Below, piece after piece: positions 48,481-57,373 of a DNA stretch of 64,000 bases (within the stretch, counting starts at the first letter, position 1; every line of letters starts with the position of its first letter). The translations under genes and the position numbers were made by a program. The notes under the pieces were generated by a model. That model made no database searches. It saw only the letters and a list, made by a program, of their open reading frames with translations, and was not told the origin of the DNA. Origin of the DNA: Candidatus Sericytochromatia bacterium (GTDB lineage: Bacteria; Cyanobacteriota; Sericytochromatia; S15B-MN24; UBA4093); NCBI GenBank assembly GCA_036676985.1, contig JAKFBU010000056.1, positions 96,001 through 160,000 on the forward strand, read 5' to 3'.

Positions 48481-49413
48481 CTAGCGCAGCGCGTACTTGC
48501 GCAGCGCCGTATCCCCGCAGTTGGCGGTGTAGACGCTTCCTTGGCTGTCGAAGATGACGCTCGATGCCTTGTCCAGCCCGGAGGCGACGGGATGGACCCG
48601 ACCGCCCATGTCCACGAGCACCAGGGTCCCGTCCCGGCTGTTCTCGCCGCCGTAGGTCACGACCGCCACGAAGTTCGGCGACCACGCGATGCCGCAGGCG
48701 GAGGAGAGGCCCGTGGCGATGGTCGTCTGCTCGCCCGAGGCCGAGACCCGGGCCACCGAGCCGCCCCAGGTCGTGATCCAGAGCTGGTCCGAGGGGTCGA
48801 CGGCGATCGCGTTGACGCCCGGGATGCTCGCGAAGGTCGAGACGCTGCCGTCCGGGCGCACGATGGCGATCCGGTTGTTGGTGTAGTCGGCGAGGTACAT
48901 GGTGCCCTTGCTGTCGATGGCAGGCCACACCGGGTTGCGCAGGCCCTGGGTGGCGAAGGGCGTCTTGGATCCGCCGCCGGGCGGGATGCGCGAGAGCACG
49001 TGGCTCTCGTACTCGGCGCAGTAGAGGTTGCCCGCGCGGTCGAAGACAAGCCCCGCCGGGCCGCTGAAGCCGCCCGCGTAGATGGACGTCTCGCCCGACT
49101 GCGTCACGCGCGACACGGTCCCCCGGTAGTAGTCGGACTCGTAGAGCGTGTCGTTGGCGTCGATGGCAAGGCCGTTGGGCCCGCTCATTCCGCTGCCGAG
49201 AAAGCTCTGGTTCCGGGCGTAGGCCGCGGCCGCCTCGGCGGCCGAAGCCCCGATGGACGGAAAGCGCAGCGCGTCCGCAGCAGGCGGCGCCTGCGGCTGG
49301 GGCGCTGCGGGCGCGACCGGCGCCTGGAGGGGCGCGGTCGAGCGGGGGGGCGCTCCGCATCCCACCGCCAACAGGGTGCTCGCGAGGGCCCACAGGCCCC
49401 AGGCTGCGCGCAT
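48481..49413 (-). CDS. NHL/Vgb-like beta-propeller lipoprotein
   Basis: Lipobox AVGC; GPNGLAID, GPAGLVFD and NAIAVD repeats. Confidence 0.82.
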   Translation of the reverse strand: MRAAWGLWALASTLLAVGCGAPPRSTAPLQAPVAPAAPQPQAPPAADALRFPSIGASAAEAAAAYARNQSFLGSGMSGPNGLAIDANDTLYESDYYRGTVSRVTQSGETSIYAGGFSGPAGLVFDRAGNLYCAEYESHVLSRIPPGGGSKTPFATQGLRNPVWPAIDSKGTMYLADYTNNRIAIVRPDGSVSTFASIPGVNAIAVDPSDQLWITTWGGSVARVSASGEQTTIATGLSSACGIAWSPNFVAVVTYGGENSRDGTLVLVDMGGRVHPVASGLDKASSVIFDSQGSVYTANCGDTALRKYALR

Positions 49414-49525
49414 AAGACCCCCTCTTGCTCGCTAAATGGGCTCCCGGTCCCGAGTGTCGTCGAGTTGAGGGGCGGCGTCCACGTCATGCTCGCCAAAGCG
49501 TCCCGTGAAACCTCGCGCTTGGCCG

Positions 49526-49559
49526 AAAAATAGACCGGCCCCGCTCTCGCGGGGCCGGC
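49526..49559 (-). terminator. Intrinsic terminator
   Basis: CCGGCCCCGC-gaga-GCGGGGCCGG followed by TCTATTTTT on the minus strand. Confidence 0.65.
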
Positions 49560-49566
49560 TGAGGCG

Positions 49567-50622
49567 TTACTTGACGCGCCATTCCTTGATGAAGTCTTCC
49601 GGCGTCTTCCAGAGGTCGCCGATGGCGCCCTTGTAGACCGAGCCGTCCCGCATCCGCGCGTCGTTCTTGGCGTTGTCGTCCGCGTCCAGCGTCCCCAACA
49701 CACCGGCCACGGTGTTTGCGGGGCGCTTCTCGGAGAGGACGACCTCCGCGTTGAGGTAATGCGTCTTCTGGTCGTTCCAGGCGCGGTGCACCGTGACCTT
49801 GTCGCCGTCGGGCGAGGTGATGTTCACCTTGTTCGTCTTCGGGTCGTAGCTGATCTTGGTGCCGTCCTCGAGCGTCTTGTTGAAGGCCGTGTACTTGAGC
49901 TCGACCTCCTTGCCGTTGATCTTCATGGTCGCCGGGCTCTTGCCGCCCTTGGCGTCGAACTCGATCGTCGACTTGCCGACCTCGAACTTCATGCCCGTGT
50001 TGTAGTGGCGATGGCCGGGCGTCTCGCTGACCGTCTGCTCCATGTTGAACTTCGGACCCGACGTCGCCTTGAGCGAGGTGTAGGTGCCCGGCGTGTTCAA
50101 GCTGTACTGCAGGCCGTCGCCCGTCTTGACGATGGGGTCGCCCTGGGTCTTGAAGGTCCGGCCCGAGGCGGGCACGGGCTTCTCTTCCTTCTTGGGCTCG
50201 GTCTTGGGAGTCTCCTTCGGCTTTTCGGTCTTGGGAGTCTCCTGCTTGGGCTCGGGCTTGGGTTCGGGCTTCGGCTCGGTCTTGGGCTTGTCCGCCTTGG
50301 GCTCCGGCTTGGGCGCGCTCGGCGCCTCGACGTCGTCGCCCTCCTTGGTGATGACCTTGACGATGTCCAAGAGGTCGCCGAGGAAGTCGCCGAGCCCCGC
50401 CTGGGGCAGAGGCTTGACGTCGGGGGGACCGCCGGCCTGGATGACCTGGATCTCCGAAGGGGTGCCCTTGGCCGTCTCGATCTGCTGGATGTCCTGAGGC
50501 GGCGTGGTCGTGGGCGTGATGTCCTGGGCCTGCACCACCTCGGGCTGCTGGACCGGGGGAGGCAGCGGATTGTACTGGACCTTCGAAACACTCTGCGACT
50601 GGAAAACTTCCATTCCACCCAT
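49567..50622 (-). CDS. VWD-like domain protein with Pro/Lys/Glu-rich linker
   Basis: TQGDP..KTGDG, AGVLGTLDAD.N.KND, F.KEWRV; PKPEPK/ETPKTE repeats; RBS GAGGAGG. Confidence 0.75.
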   Translation of the reverse strand: MGGMEVFQSQSVSKVQYNPLPPPVQQPEVVQAQDITPTTTPPQDIQQIETAKGTPSEIQVIQAGGPPDVKPLPQAGLGDFLGDLLDIVKVITKEGDDVEAPSAPKPEPKADKPKTEPKPEPKPEPKQETPKTEKPKETPKTEPKKEEKPVPASGRTFKTQGDPIVKTGDGLQYSLNTPGTYTSLKATSGPKFNMEQTVSETPGHRHYNTGMKFEVGKSTIEFDAKGGKSPATMKINGKEVELKYTAFNKTLEDGTKISYDPKTNKVNITSPDGDKVTVHRAWNDQKTHYLNAEVVLSEKRPANTVAGVLGTLDADDNAKNDARMRDGSVYKGAIGDLWKTPEDFIKEWRVK

Positions 50623-50868
50623 TGCATGCCTCCTCATACCAGCGAATTTTGCTGCATTGCTTATGCCTCAGAACCTGTTAAGGGTTGTCGATCAGTGTCA
50701 AATCCCCATTAAGTCTTCCGTCGAACTCCGTTAAACCTGCGCGCGGGGGCTCGGGACCGGGCCGCTACGGGCGGTGGGTGGTCCGCAGGGGGCGACAAGC
50801 GGTATAATCCAGATCTTTGGCGTGCCGACGCGCCCCCACCCCGGATTTCCTGCCGAGACGAGGTCCGC

Positions 50869-51279
50869 ATGCTCATCACCAAACGCTTCAAGTTCGCTGC
50901 TGCTCACCGTTATTACGACGACGCCCTGAGCCAAGAGGAGAACCAACGCCTGTTCGGCGCCTGCGCCACCCAGTACGGCCATGGCCACAACTACGTGCTC
51001 GACGTGAGCGTCCGGGGGCCCATCGACCCCAAGACGGGCATGATCGTCAACCTCAAGGACCTCAAGGAGGTCGTGAAGGACCGCGTCATCGCACGCTACG
51101 ATTTCAAGCACCTCAACTTCGACCTGGACGACTTCCAGGCGACCCAGCCCACCACCGAGGCGATCGCCATCCGCATCTGGGACCTCTTGGACGGGCGCAT
51201 CCCGGGCTGCGAGCTCGCCCGGGTGCGCGTCTACGAGAGCGACGACCTCTACGCGGACTACGAAGGAGAGCAGGCGTGA
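50869..51279 (+). CDS. 6-pyruvoyl-tetrahydropterin synthase / QueD family, copy 1
   Basis: FAAAHR, CATQYGHGHNY, GMIVNL, VYES. Confidence 0.88.
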   Translation: MLITKRFKFAAAHRYYDDALSQEENQRLFGACATQYGHGHNYVLDVSVRGPIDPKTGMIVNLKDLKEVVKDRVIARYDFKHLNFDLDDFQATQPTTEAIAIRIWDLLDGRIPGCELARVRVYESDDLYADYEGEQA

Positions 51280-51734
51280 AGCGTGCGACCCTGACCCGCG
51301 TCTATCACTTCTCGGCCGCCCACCGGCTGCACAGCCCGTTCCTGGACGAGGCGGAGAACCGCGCCCTGTACCGGGACTGCAACAACTTCGGCGGCCACGG
51401 CCACAACTACGTCCTGGAGGTCAGCATCCAGGGCCCCGTGGACCCGCGCACGGGCATGATCTTCGACCTGGTCCGGTTCGACGCGGTGGTGCAGGACCGG
51501 GTGATCCGGCACCTGGACCACCAGTTCATCGGCAGCCGCGAGTTTCCGAGCGAGGTGGGCGCGGACGCCTTCATCTCCACCTCCGAGGTCGTCACCTACC
51601 AGATCTGGACCTGGCTGATGGACGCCTTCCCCGACGGCGTCCGGCTCAAGCGGATCCGCCTGGAGGAGACGGGCAGCAACCACTTCGAGTATCGCGGCGA
51701 GGACCACCCCGTCCGCCAGGGAGTTTCCGCATGA
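51276..51734 (+). CDS. 6-pyruvoyl-tetrahydropterin synthase / QueD family, copy 2
   Basis: GTG start overlapping the previous stop; FSAAHRL, CNNFGGHGHNY, LDHQ, LEET. Confidence 0.88.
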   Translation: MKRATLTRVYHFSAAHRLHSPFLDEAENRALYRDCNNFGGHGHNYVLEVSIQGPVDPRTGMIFDLVRFDAVVQDRVIRHLDHQFIGSREFPSEVGADAFISTSEVVTYQIWTWLMDAFPDGVRLKRIRLEETGSNHFEYRGEDHPVRQGVSA

Positions 51735-52432
51735 TCAAGCGCGTCGCCCTCGTGACCGGTGCCAGCCGCGGCATCGGCGCCGAAATCGCCAAGCGCCTCG
51801 CCTTCGAGGGGTACCGGGTCGTGCTCGGGGCCCGCTCGATCCAGCCCATCAAGACGCTGGCCGCGAGTCTGCCCGAGGCGATCGCCGTGCGCCTCGACGT
51901 CACCAACCCGCACGACGTGACGGCCATGGTGGAGGCGGCCATGGAGCAGTGGGGGCGGGTGGACGCCCTCATCAACAACGCGGGCCACGCCCACATCGGC
52001 CCGGTCGAGGAGACCACGCCCGAGGCGTTCCAGCACCTCATGGCCGTCAACGTCCTGGGGCCCTTCATGTGCACCCGGGCCGTCCTGCCCAAGATGCGCG
52101 CCCAGGGCGGCGGGCACATCGTCAACATCCTCTCGGTGGCCGCCCGGCGGGTGTTCCCGGAGTGGAGCGCCTACTGCGCCTCCAAGTTCGCGCTCGACGG
52201 CTTCGGCAAGGCCCTCGCCGAGGAGGTGAAGGGCACGGGCATCATCGTGACGGCCATCTACCCGGGGGCCACGGACACTCCCCTCTGGGAGGGCGCGAAC
52301 CTCTCCGCCGAGGCGCGGGCCGGGATGGTGCAGGCCGAGGACGTGGCGGACGCGGTGGCCTTCGCGCTGCGGCAACCCGCCCGCACGCGGCTCGCCGAAC
52401 TCGTCGTGGAGCCTGCCAAGGGAGACCTCTAG
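51731..52432 (+). CDS. Short-chain dehydrogenase/reductase
   Basis: TGASRGIG, NNAG, YCASK. Confidence 0.92.
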   Translation: MIKRVALVTGASRGIGAEIAKRLAFEGYRVVLGARSIQPIKTLAASLPEAIAVRLDVTNPHDVTAMVEAAMEQWGRVDALINNAGHAHIGPVEETTPEAFQHLMAVNVLGPFMCTRAVLPKMRAQGGGHIVNILSVAARRVFPEWSAYCASKFALDGFGKALAEEVKGTGIIVTAIYPGATDTPLWEGANLSAEARAGMVQAEDVADAVAFALRQPARTRLAELVVEPAKGDL

Positions 52433-52653
52433 GTCTCGATCGCGGCCACCCGGTAGTAGTAGGGGAGGGTGAAGCCCTCCCGGCGCTTGATGTCCATCCG
52501 CGGGTTGGACTGCGTGCCGTTCAGGTCGCGCACCTCCTCGATGCGCTCATCGAGGCGGATGACGCGCAGGCGCAGGCCGTCGGCCCAGTCCTTGATCGCC
52601 TCGTCCTGCAACTCGTCGGGTGTCTGGGCGACGAACGTCCTCTCTTCCAACAT
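52429..52653 (-). CDS. Small hypothetical protein
   Basis: GGAGGAG RBS before MLEERTF. Confidence 0.6.
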   Translation of the reverse strand: MLEERTFVAQTPDELQDEAIKDWADGLRLRVIRLDERIEEVRDLNGTQSNPRMDIKRREGFTLPYYYRVAAIET

Positions 52654-52719
52654 GGGTCGGCTCCTCCCTGGTGCGTACCATCCCCATGATGGCCGTGCGG
52701 CAGGGGGATACAAGGACTG

Positions 52720-54246
52720 CTAGCCGAAATACCGGGACGCCGCGCGCAGGATGTGGCGGGCGGTGCGGTCCGCCAGGGCGGCGATGGTGATCTGCGGGTT
52801 CACGCCCAGGGACGTGGGGAAGAGGCTGCCGTCGCAGACGAACAGGTTGGCATAGCCGTGGCAGCGGCCCCAGGAGTCCGTGACGGAGCGTGCGGGGTCC
52901 TTCCCCATGGCGGCCGTGCCCATCTGGTGGGCCGAGAAGACCGCCATGCGGCACGGATCGACGTCCATCCGATCGATAAGGCCGAGGTCCGCCGCGCTCC
53001 GGATCCGCACCCCGGACGCATGCGGCACCAGGACCTCCTCGGCCCCGGCCGCCAGGTAGATGCGCGCGACCGCCTTGAGGCCCTTCTTGAAGCGCTCCTT
53101 GTCGCGCTCGGTGATCCAGTAGTCCAGGACCGGCACGCCGTTGGCATCCACCGAAACCCGGCCCGATCCGTCGTCGTGCAGGAGGACGATGCAGGCCGCC
53201 ATGTCGTTGTAGCGGCTCATGACCCGCTCTCCCTCCGGTCCCCAGGCGTAGAGGTTCGCGCCCATGAGGCCCGGATAGGCGAACACCGCCTCGATGAGGA
53301 TGCCCTCCTGCTCCAGGCTCGAGACGTAGGTGCCGTACTGGATGCCCTGGTAGCCGCGCACCGGTTGGGGAAAGATGCCCACCGCGGCCGTGGTCGGGTG
53401 CAGCGTCAGGTTGTGGCCCAGCCGGCCGCTCTGGTTGGCGAGGCCGTTCTTCAACAGCAGCTGCGGCGTGCTGATGGCCCCGCCCGAGACGCTGAAGAGC
53501 TTGGCCCTGACCCTGAAGCGGTGCGTCTTGCCCGTCTTGGGGTTGGTGAGCACGCCGCGCACGGCCGTGATGCGATCGCCCTCCTGCTCGAACTCCGTGA
53601 CCTCGGCGCGGGGATAGAGCCTGGCCCCGAAGTGGAGGGCGCGCGGCACGTAGGTCACGTTCATGGACTGCTTGCGATCGTAGGCGCAGCCCAGGATGCA
53701 GAAGCCACTCTGGAGGCACTGCGTGCGGTTGTGCTCGAAGCGATCGCCCACAAGCCCAATCTTTTGCGCCCCCTCGAGCAGGAGGCGGCTGTTCAAGTTG
53801 ACCTCATGGGGCTCCATCTTGCGGACGTTCAGGACGAAGCGCACCTTGTCGAGGCTCGGGCGAAGGTCGGCCAGGCGGATCCCCTCGATCCCGTAGTCGT
53901 CGGCCCATGTGTCGAGCACGTGCTCCGGCGGATCGAAGCAGATGGCCCAGTTGACGGTGGTGCTGCCGCCCACGCTCTTGCCATGCAGGACCGTGATGGC
54001 GCCGTTCTTGGTCGTCCGGGCCCCGGCGTCCTCGAACAGGAGGGGCATCATGTCCTGCTCGCGCTGGTTGAAGTCCTTGTGGGTGTGGTACCCGCCCTTC
54101 TCCAGCATGATGACCGAGCGGCCTCCCTCGGCCAGCTCGCTGGCGAGCACGGCGCCGCCAGCCCCCGTGCCGATGACGCAGGCGTCCGCCACGAGGTCCA
54201 GGTCCCGGTCATAGGCCGTGTCGATCGTCGGCATCCAGTCCGTCAT
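52720..54246 (-). CDS. GMC family oxidoreductase
   Basis: IGTGAGG, VGGSTTVN, C..SGFCILGC, SAHQMGT, GVNPQITI. Confidence 0.92.
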   Translation of the reverse strand: MTDWMPTIDTAYDRDLDLVADACVIGTGAGGAVLASELAEGGRSVIMLEKGGYHTHKDFNQREQDMMPLLFEDAGARTTKNGAITVLHGKSVGGSTTVNWAICFDPPEHVLDTWADDYGIEGIRLADLRPSLDKVRFVLNVRKMEPHEVNLNSRLLLEGAQKIGLVGDRFEHNRTQCLQSGFCILGCAYDRKQSMNVTYVPRALHFGARLYPRAEVTEFEQEGDRITAVRGVLTNPKTGKTHRFRVRAKLFSVSGGAISTPQLLLKNGLANQSGRLGHNLTLHPTTAAVGIFPQPVRGYQGIQYGTYVSSLEQEGILIEAVFAYPGLMGANLYAWGPEGERVMSRYNDMAACIVLLHDDGSGRVSVDANGVPVLDYWITERDKERFKKGLKAVARIYLAAGAEEVLVPHASGVRIRSAADLGLIDRMDVDPCRMAVFSAHQMGTAAMGKDPARSVTDSWGRCHGYANLFVCDGSLFPTSLGVNPQITIAALADRTARHILRAASRYFG

Positions 54247-54836
54247 CGGGGGGCCTTGCGGAAGACGTTCGGGTTGGGGTTGGCCGCGAGGTCGCCCTGG
54301 TTGTCCCGGCCGTAGCCCGCATCGAAGCGGCCCACCCAGGGTCCCGCGTAGCCGATCCGGGGCCAGCTGCGCTCATCCATGTAGAAGAGCATGGCCGCGA
54401 GCTTGTTGAGGGCGACGAAGCCCTGACGCTGCAGGCCGAGCGGGCTGTCCATCCAGGCGCGGAGATAGGCGTCCTGCTCGGGGGCGGACATGGCGGTGAA
54501 CGGCTTGAAGCGCAGGGAGAGCCAGGTCCAGTCCTCGAAGGTGCCGAGCAGCTTCCGCACGTCCCCCTGCAGGCTCTGGTTGGCGAGGCTCAGGAGGCCG
54601 TCCGCGGCGGCGGGCACGTCCACCCCGACGCTCTTGGCGGACGGGACGAGGCGATCGATGACCCCGTCGAGCACCGCCCTCTCCTTGGGCGTGAAGAACC
54701 GGAGCCGCCGCCCGGCGGCGGGGTAGGTCACGCGCTCGCAGCCGACGGGCATGGAAAGGGCGAGGAGCCCTCCGGCCAGGAACAGGGCGCTGCGCAGGAA
54801 GCTGCGGCGACTGACGCGCGTCGGTTCCCCCCCCAT
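54243..54836 (-). CDS. Tat-exported gluconate-2-dehydrogenase subunit 3-like partner
   Basis: SRRSFL twin-arginine motif; FTAMS..EQD.YL..W; W..IGYAGP; overlaps the GMC start. Confidence 0.8.
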   Translation of the reverse strand: MGGEPTRVSRRSFLRSALFLAGGLLALSMPVGCERVTYPAAGRRLRFFTPKERAVLDGVIDRLVPSAKSVGVDVPAAADGLLSLANQSLQGDVRKLLGTFEDWTWLSLRFKPFTAMSAPEQDAYLRAWMDSPLGLQRQGFVALNKLAAMLFYMDERSWPRIGYAGPWVGRFDAGYGRDNQGDLAANPNPNVFRKAPR

Positions 54837-54850
54837 CGGCCTGGGACCCT

Positions 54851-55033
54851 CTAGCCGAGCTCGGGCGCGGCTGCGGGTGCGGGCTCCTGGGCGAGCAAGG
54901 CGGCCTCGCGTGCCTCGGCGGCGAGGCGCTGGGCGCGCTTGGCCTTGATCATGAGGACCAGCGTCGCGACGACCGCGATCCAGCCGAACAGGAGCGAGAG
55001 GAGGGCCACTGGAACGAACCAGGCAGGTAACAT
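54851..55033 (-). CDS. Small membrane protein
   Basis: TM helix; AAAGGA RBS; first gene of the GMC operon. Confidence 0.6.
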   Translation of the reverse strand: MLPAWFVPVALLSLLFGWIAVVATLVLMIKAKRAQRLAAEAREAALLAQEPAPAAAPELG

Positions 55034-55145
55034 GAAGATCCTTTCTGAGCCTCAGACCGGGAGCGCTTATTATATACCACCGCCCCCGCCGCGACTCCCG
55101 AAGGCACGCTATAATGAGGCGCACCACGCTAGGAGGAGGTCGGAC

Positions 55146-55799
55146 TTGGCAAGCCGCATCGTGCCGTTGTTCCCCCTCAACGTCGTCCTGTTTCCCGGGA
55201 TGGTGTTGCCCCTGCACATCTTCGAGGAGCGCTACCGGCTCATGGTCCGGCGCTGCCTGGAGGGTCAGCAGCTCTTCGGCGTCGTCCTCATCCAGGAGGG
55301 CTCGGAGGTGGGGGAGCCCGCCACTCCCCACCTGATGGGGACGCTCGCGGCCATCCAGCAGGTGCAGCCCTACGAGGACGGCCGCATGGACCTGATCGTG
55401 GTCGGCGTCACGCGGTTCCGCATCCTCGACGAGCTGCCCGGCGAGCCCTACGCCCAGGCCCGGGTGGAGATCGTCGACGAGCCGGACGAGACGAGCGAAG
55501 CCGGCGAGGTCCAGGATCTGTTCGAGACCTACCTCCGGACCCTCTCCGAGCTCTCCGGCCAGCCCTACGAGGTCAAGATCGTGCGCGACCCCCAGCAGCT
55601 GAGCTACCAGGTCGCCTCGGTGCTCCCGCTGGAGCTCGAGGAAAAGCAGCTGCTGCTGGAGGCCCCGAGCACCTCCGATCGGCTGGCCGTGGAGGCCGAC
55701 ATGCTCCGGCGCGAGACCGAACAGATCAAGGAGTTCGCCGCCAAGAGCCGCGACCTCGGGTACTTCTACGTGAAAGGCAAGCGGCTCTCGCTGAACTAG
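55146..55799 (+). CDS. LON peptidase substrate-binding (N-terminal) domain protein
   Basis: PLFPLNVVLFPG..LPLHIFEERY; TTG start after AGGAGGAGG. Confidence 0.9.
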   Translation: MASRIVPLFPLNVVLFPGMVLPLHIFEERYRLMVRRCLEGQQLFGVVLIQEGSEVGEPATPHLMGTLAAIQQVQPYEDGRMDLIVVGVTRFRILDELPGEPYAQARVEIVDEPDETSEAGEVQDLFETYLRTLSELSGQPYEVKIVRDPQQLSYQVASVLPLELEEKQLLLEAPSTSDRLAVEADMLRRETEQIKEFAAKSRDLGYFYVKGKRLSLN

Positions 55800-57199
55800 A
55801 GGACCGCGAGCCCCCGCTCCGCCCGCATTTCGGCGATCTCCTCGGCCGGATACGTGATGATCTCGGCGAGCGTCGGGTGCAGGTGCGGGATGGTCATCAG
55901 GCGCTCGACCGTGCAGCGGAACTCCATGGCCACGATCAGCTCGTGGATGAGGTCCGCCCCCTCGGGGCCCACGATCTCGGCGCCCAGGATCTCGCCGGTC
56001 GCCTCGTCCGCGATGAGCTTCACGAAGCCCTGCATGGCGAGCTTGCCCATGCACTCGGCCTTGCCGAGGTCGGCGAAGTCGTACTTGGCCGCGACCACCT
56101 TGAGGCCCTGCTCTGCCGCCTCCCGCTCGGAGATGCCCACCCGGGCGTAGTTGGGATCCGTGAAGATGGCGCTCGCCAAGAGGCGGTAATCCGCCTGGCG
56201 CGAGGGACGCCGTCCGAGGATGTTGTGGGCGGCCACCTCGCCCTGGTGGATGGCCACGTGCACCAGGAAGTAGTCCCCGAGGCAGTCGCCAGCCGCGTAG
56301 ATGTCCGGGTTGGTGGTCCGCATCTCGTCGTCCACCTGGATCCGGCCGCCCGGCGCGGCCACTCCGGCCGCCTCCAGGTTCAGGGGCGCGATGAGGGGGA
56401 TTCGGCCGAGCGCGAGGAAGATCTCCTCGACCTCGAGCGTCCGCTCGCCAGCCGGCAGGGCGAGGACCATGGCCTTCTTGCCGCCCCGGACCTCGACGCG
56501 CACGGGCTTGGCATGCGTCACGATCTCGATGCCGTCCGCACGCATGGCCGCCTCGATCACCTCCTGCACGTCCGCGTCCTCGCGCGAGAGGACGTGCGGG
56601 CCGCGCAGGACCATCGTGACCTTGACGCCCAGGCGCGCGTAGAACTGCCCCAGCTCCAGGGCGATGACGCCGCCGCCCATCACGACCATGCTCTCCGGGA
56701 GCTTGGCGAGGGTCATGGCCTCGTCGCTCGTGATGTAGCCCGCCTCCTCGAGGCCCGGGATGGCCGGGATCATGGGCGTCGAGCCAGTCGAGAGGAGGAA
56801 CTTGTCCGCCGAGTGCGTCTCGCCGTTCACCTCGATCTGCTTGGGGCCCGTGAAGCGGGCCGCCCCCTGGATCAAGGTGGTGTTGGGCAGCTTGTGGATG
56901 CCCTGGACCCGGTAGTCCTGGAACCCCTTCACCAATTGCTGCTGCCGCGCCATGATGGCGCCGAAGTCGGCCTGGACCGACGGGACGAGGACTCCGAGCT
57001 CCTCGGCCTCGCGGGCGAGTTGCAGCACGTCGGTCGAACGCAGCATGGCCTTGGTGGGCATGCACCCGCGCAGGATGCAGAGACCGCCGAGCGGTCCCTT
57101 GTCGACCAGGGCGACCTGCTTGCCCTGGGCCCCCAGCACCCGGGCGGCGTTGTAACCGGCGCTGCCGCCGCCGATGACGATGACGTCGAAGTGGCTCAT
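55796..57199 (-). CDS. Class I pyridine nucleotide-disulfide oxidoreductase (DLD/MerA-like)
   Basis: GGGSAG, GGLCILRGCMP, YAAGD, HPTLAE; no C-terminal MerA CC pair. Confidence 0.9.
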   Translation of the reverse strand: MSHFDVIVIGGGSAGYNAARVLGAQGKQVALVDKGPLGGLCILRGCMPTKAMLRSTDVLQLAREAEELGVLVPSVQADFGAIMARQQQLVKGFQDYRVQGIHKLPNTTLIQGAARFTGPKQIEVNGETHSADKFLLSTGSTPMIPAIPGLEEAGYITSDEAMTLAKLPESMVVMGGGVIALELGQFYARLGVKVTMVLRGPHVLSREDADVQEVIEAAMRADGIEIVTHAKPVRVEVRGGKKAMVLALPAGERTLEVEEIFLALGRIPLIAPLNLEAAGVAAPGGRIQVDDEMRTTNPDIYAAGDCLGDYFLVHVAIHQGEVAAHNILGRRPSRQADYRLLASAIFTDPNYARVGISEREAAEQGLKVVAAKYDFADLGKAECMGKLAMQGFVKLIADEATGEILGAEIVGPEGADLIHELIVAMEFRCTVERLMTIPHLHPTLAEIITYPAEEIAEMRAERGLAVL

Positions 57200-57373
57200 G
57201 GTCTCCTCATTTCTTGGTCCGTTGCTTGGTACGCGCCATTATAGGCCTTCTTCCCGCGGGGCACCAATCGCCCCGGAGGGGGCGTGCCTTCAGCAGCCCC
57301 GTGAAGTTTTGTATACTTCGCCCGGGACCGGTCGCCAAAACCGCCCGGCCTGGCCAGCTGCAAGGAGGCAACG

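Noticed and set aside
50180-50315. Short tandem DNA repeats as a possible CRISPR or VNTR array
   Set aside because: They encode an in-frame PKPEPK/ETPKTE linker; no repeat-spacer structure and no cas genes.
54243-57065. 940-aa minus-strand ORF suggesting a large fusion
   Set aside because: Only the last 197 aa (Tat protein) look real; the rest overlaps other genes out of frame or antisense.
55796-57199. Call as mercuric reductase merA
   Set aside because: No C-terminal Cys-Cys pair, no HMA domain and no mer operon neighbours.
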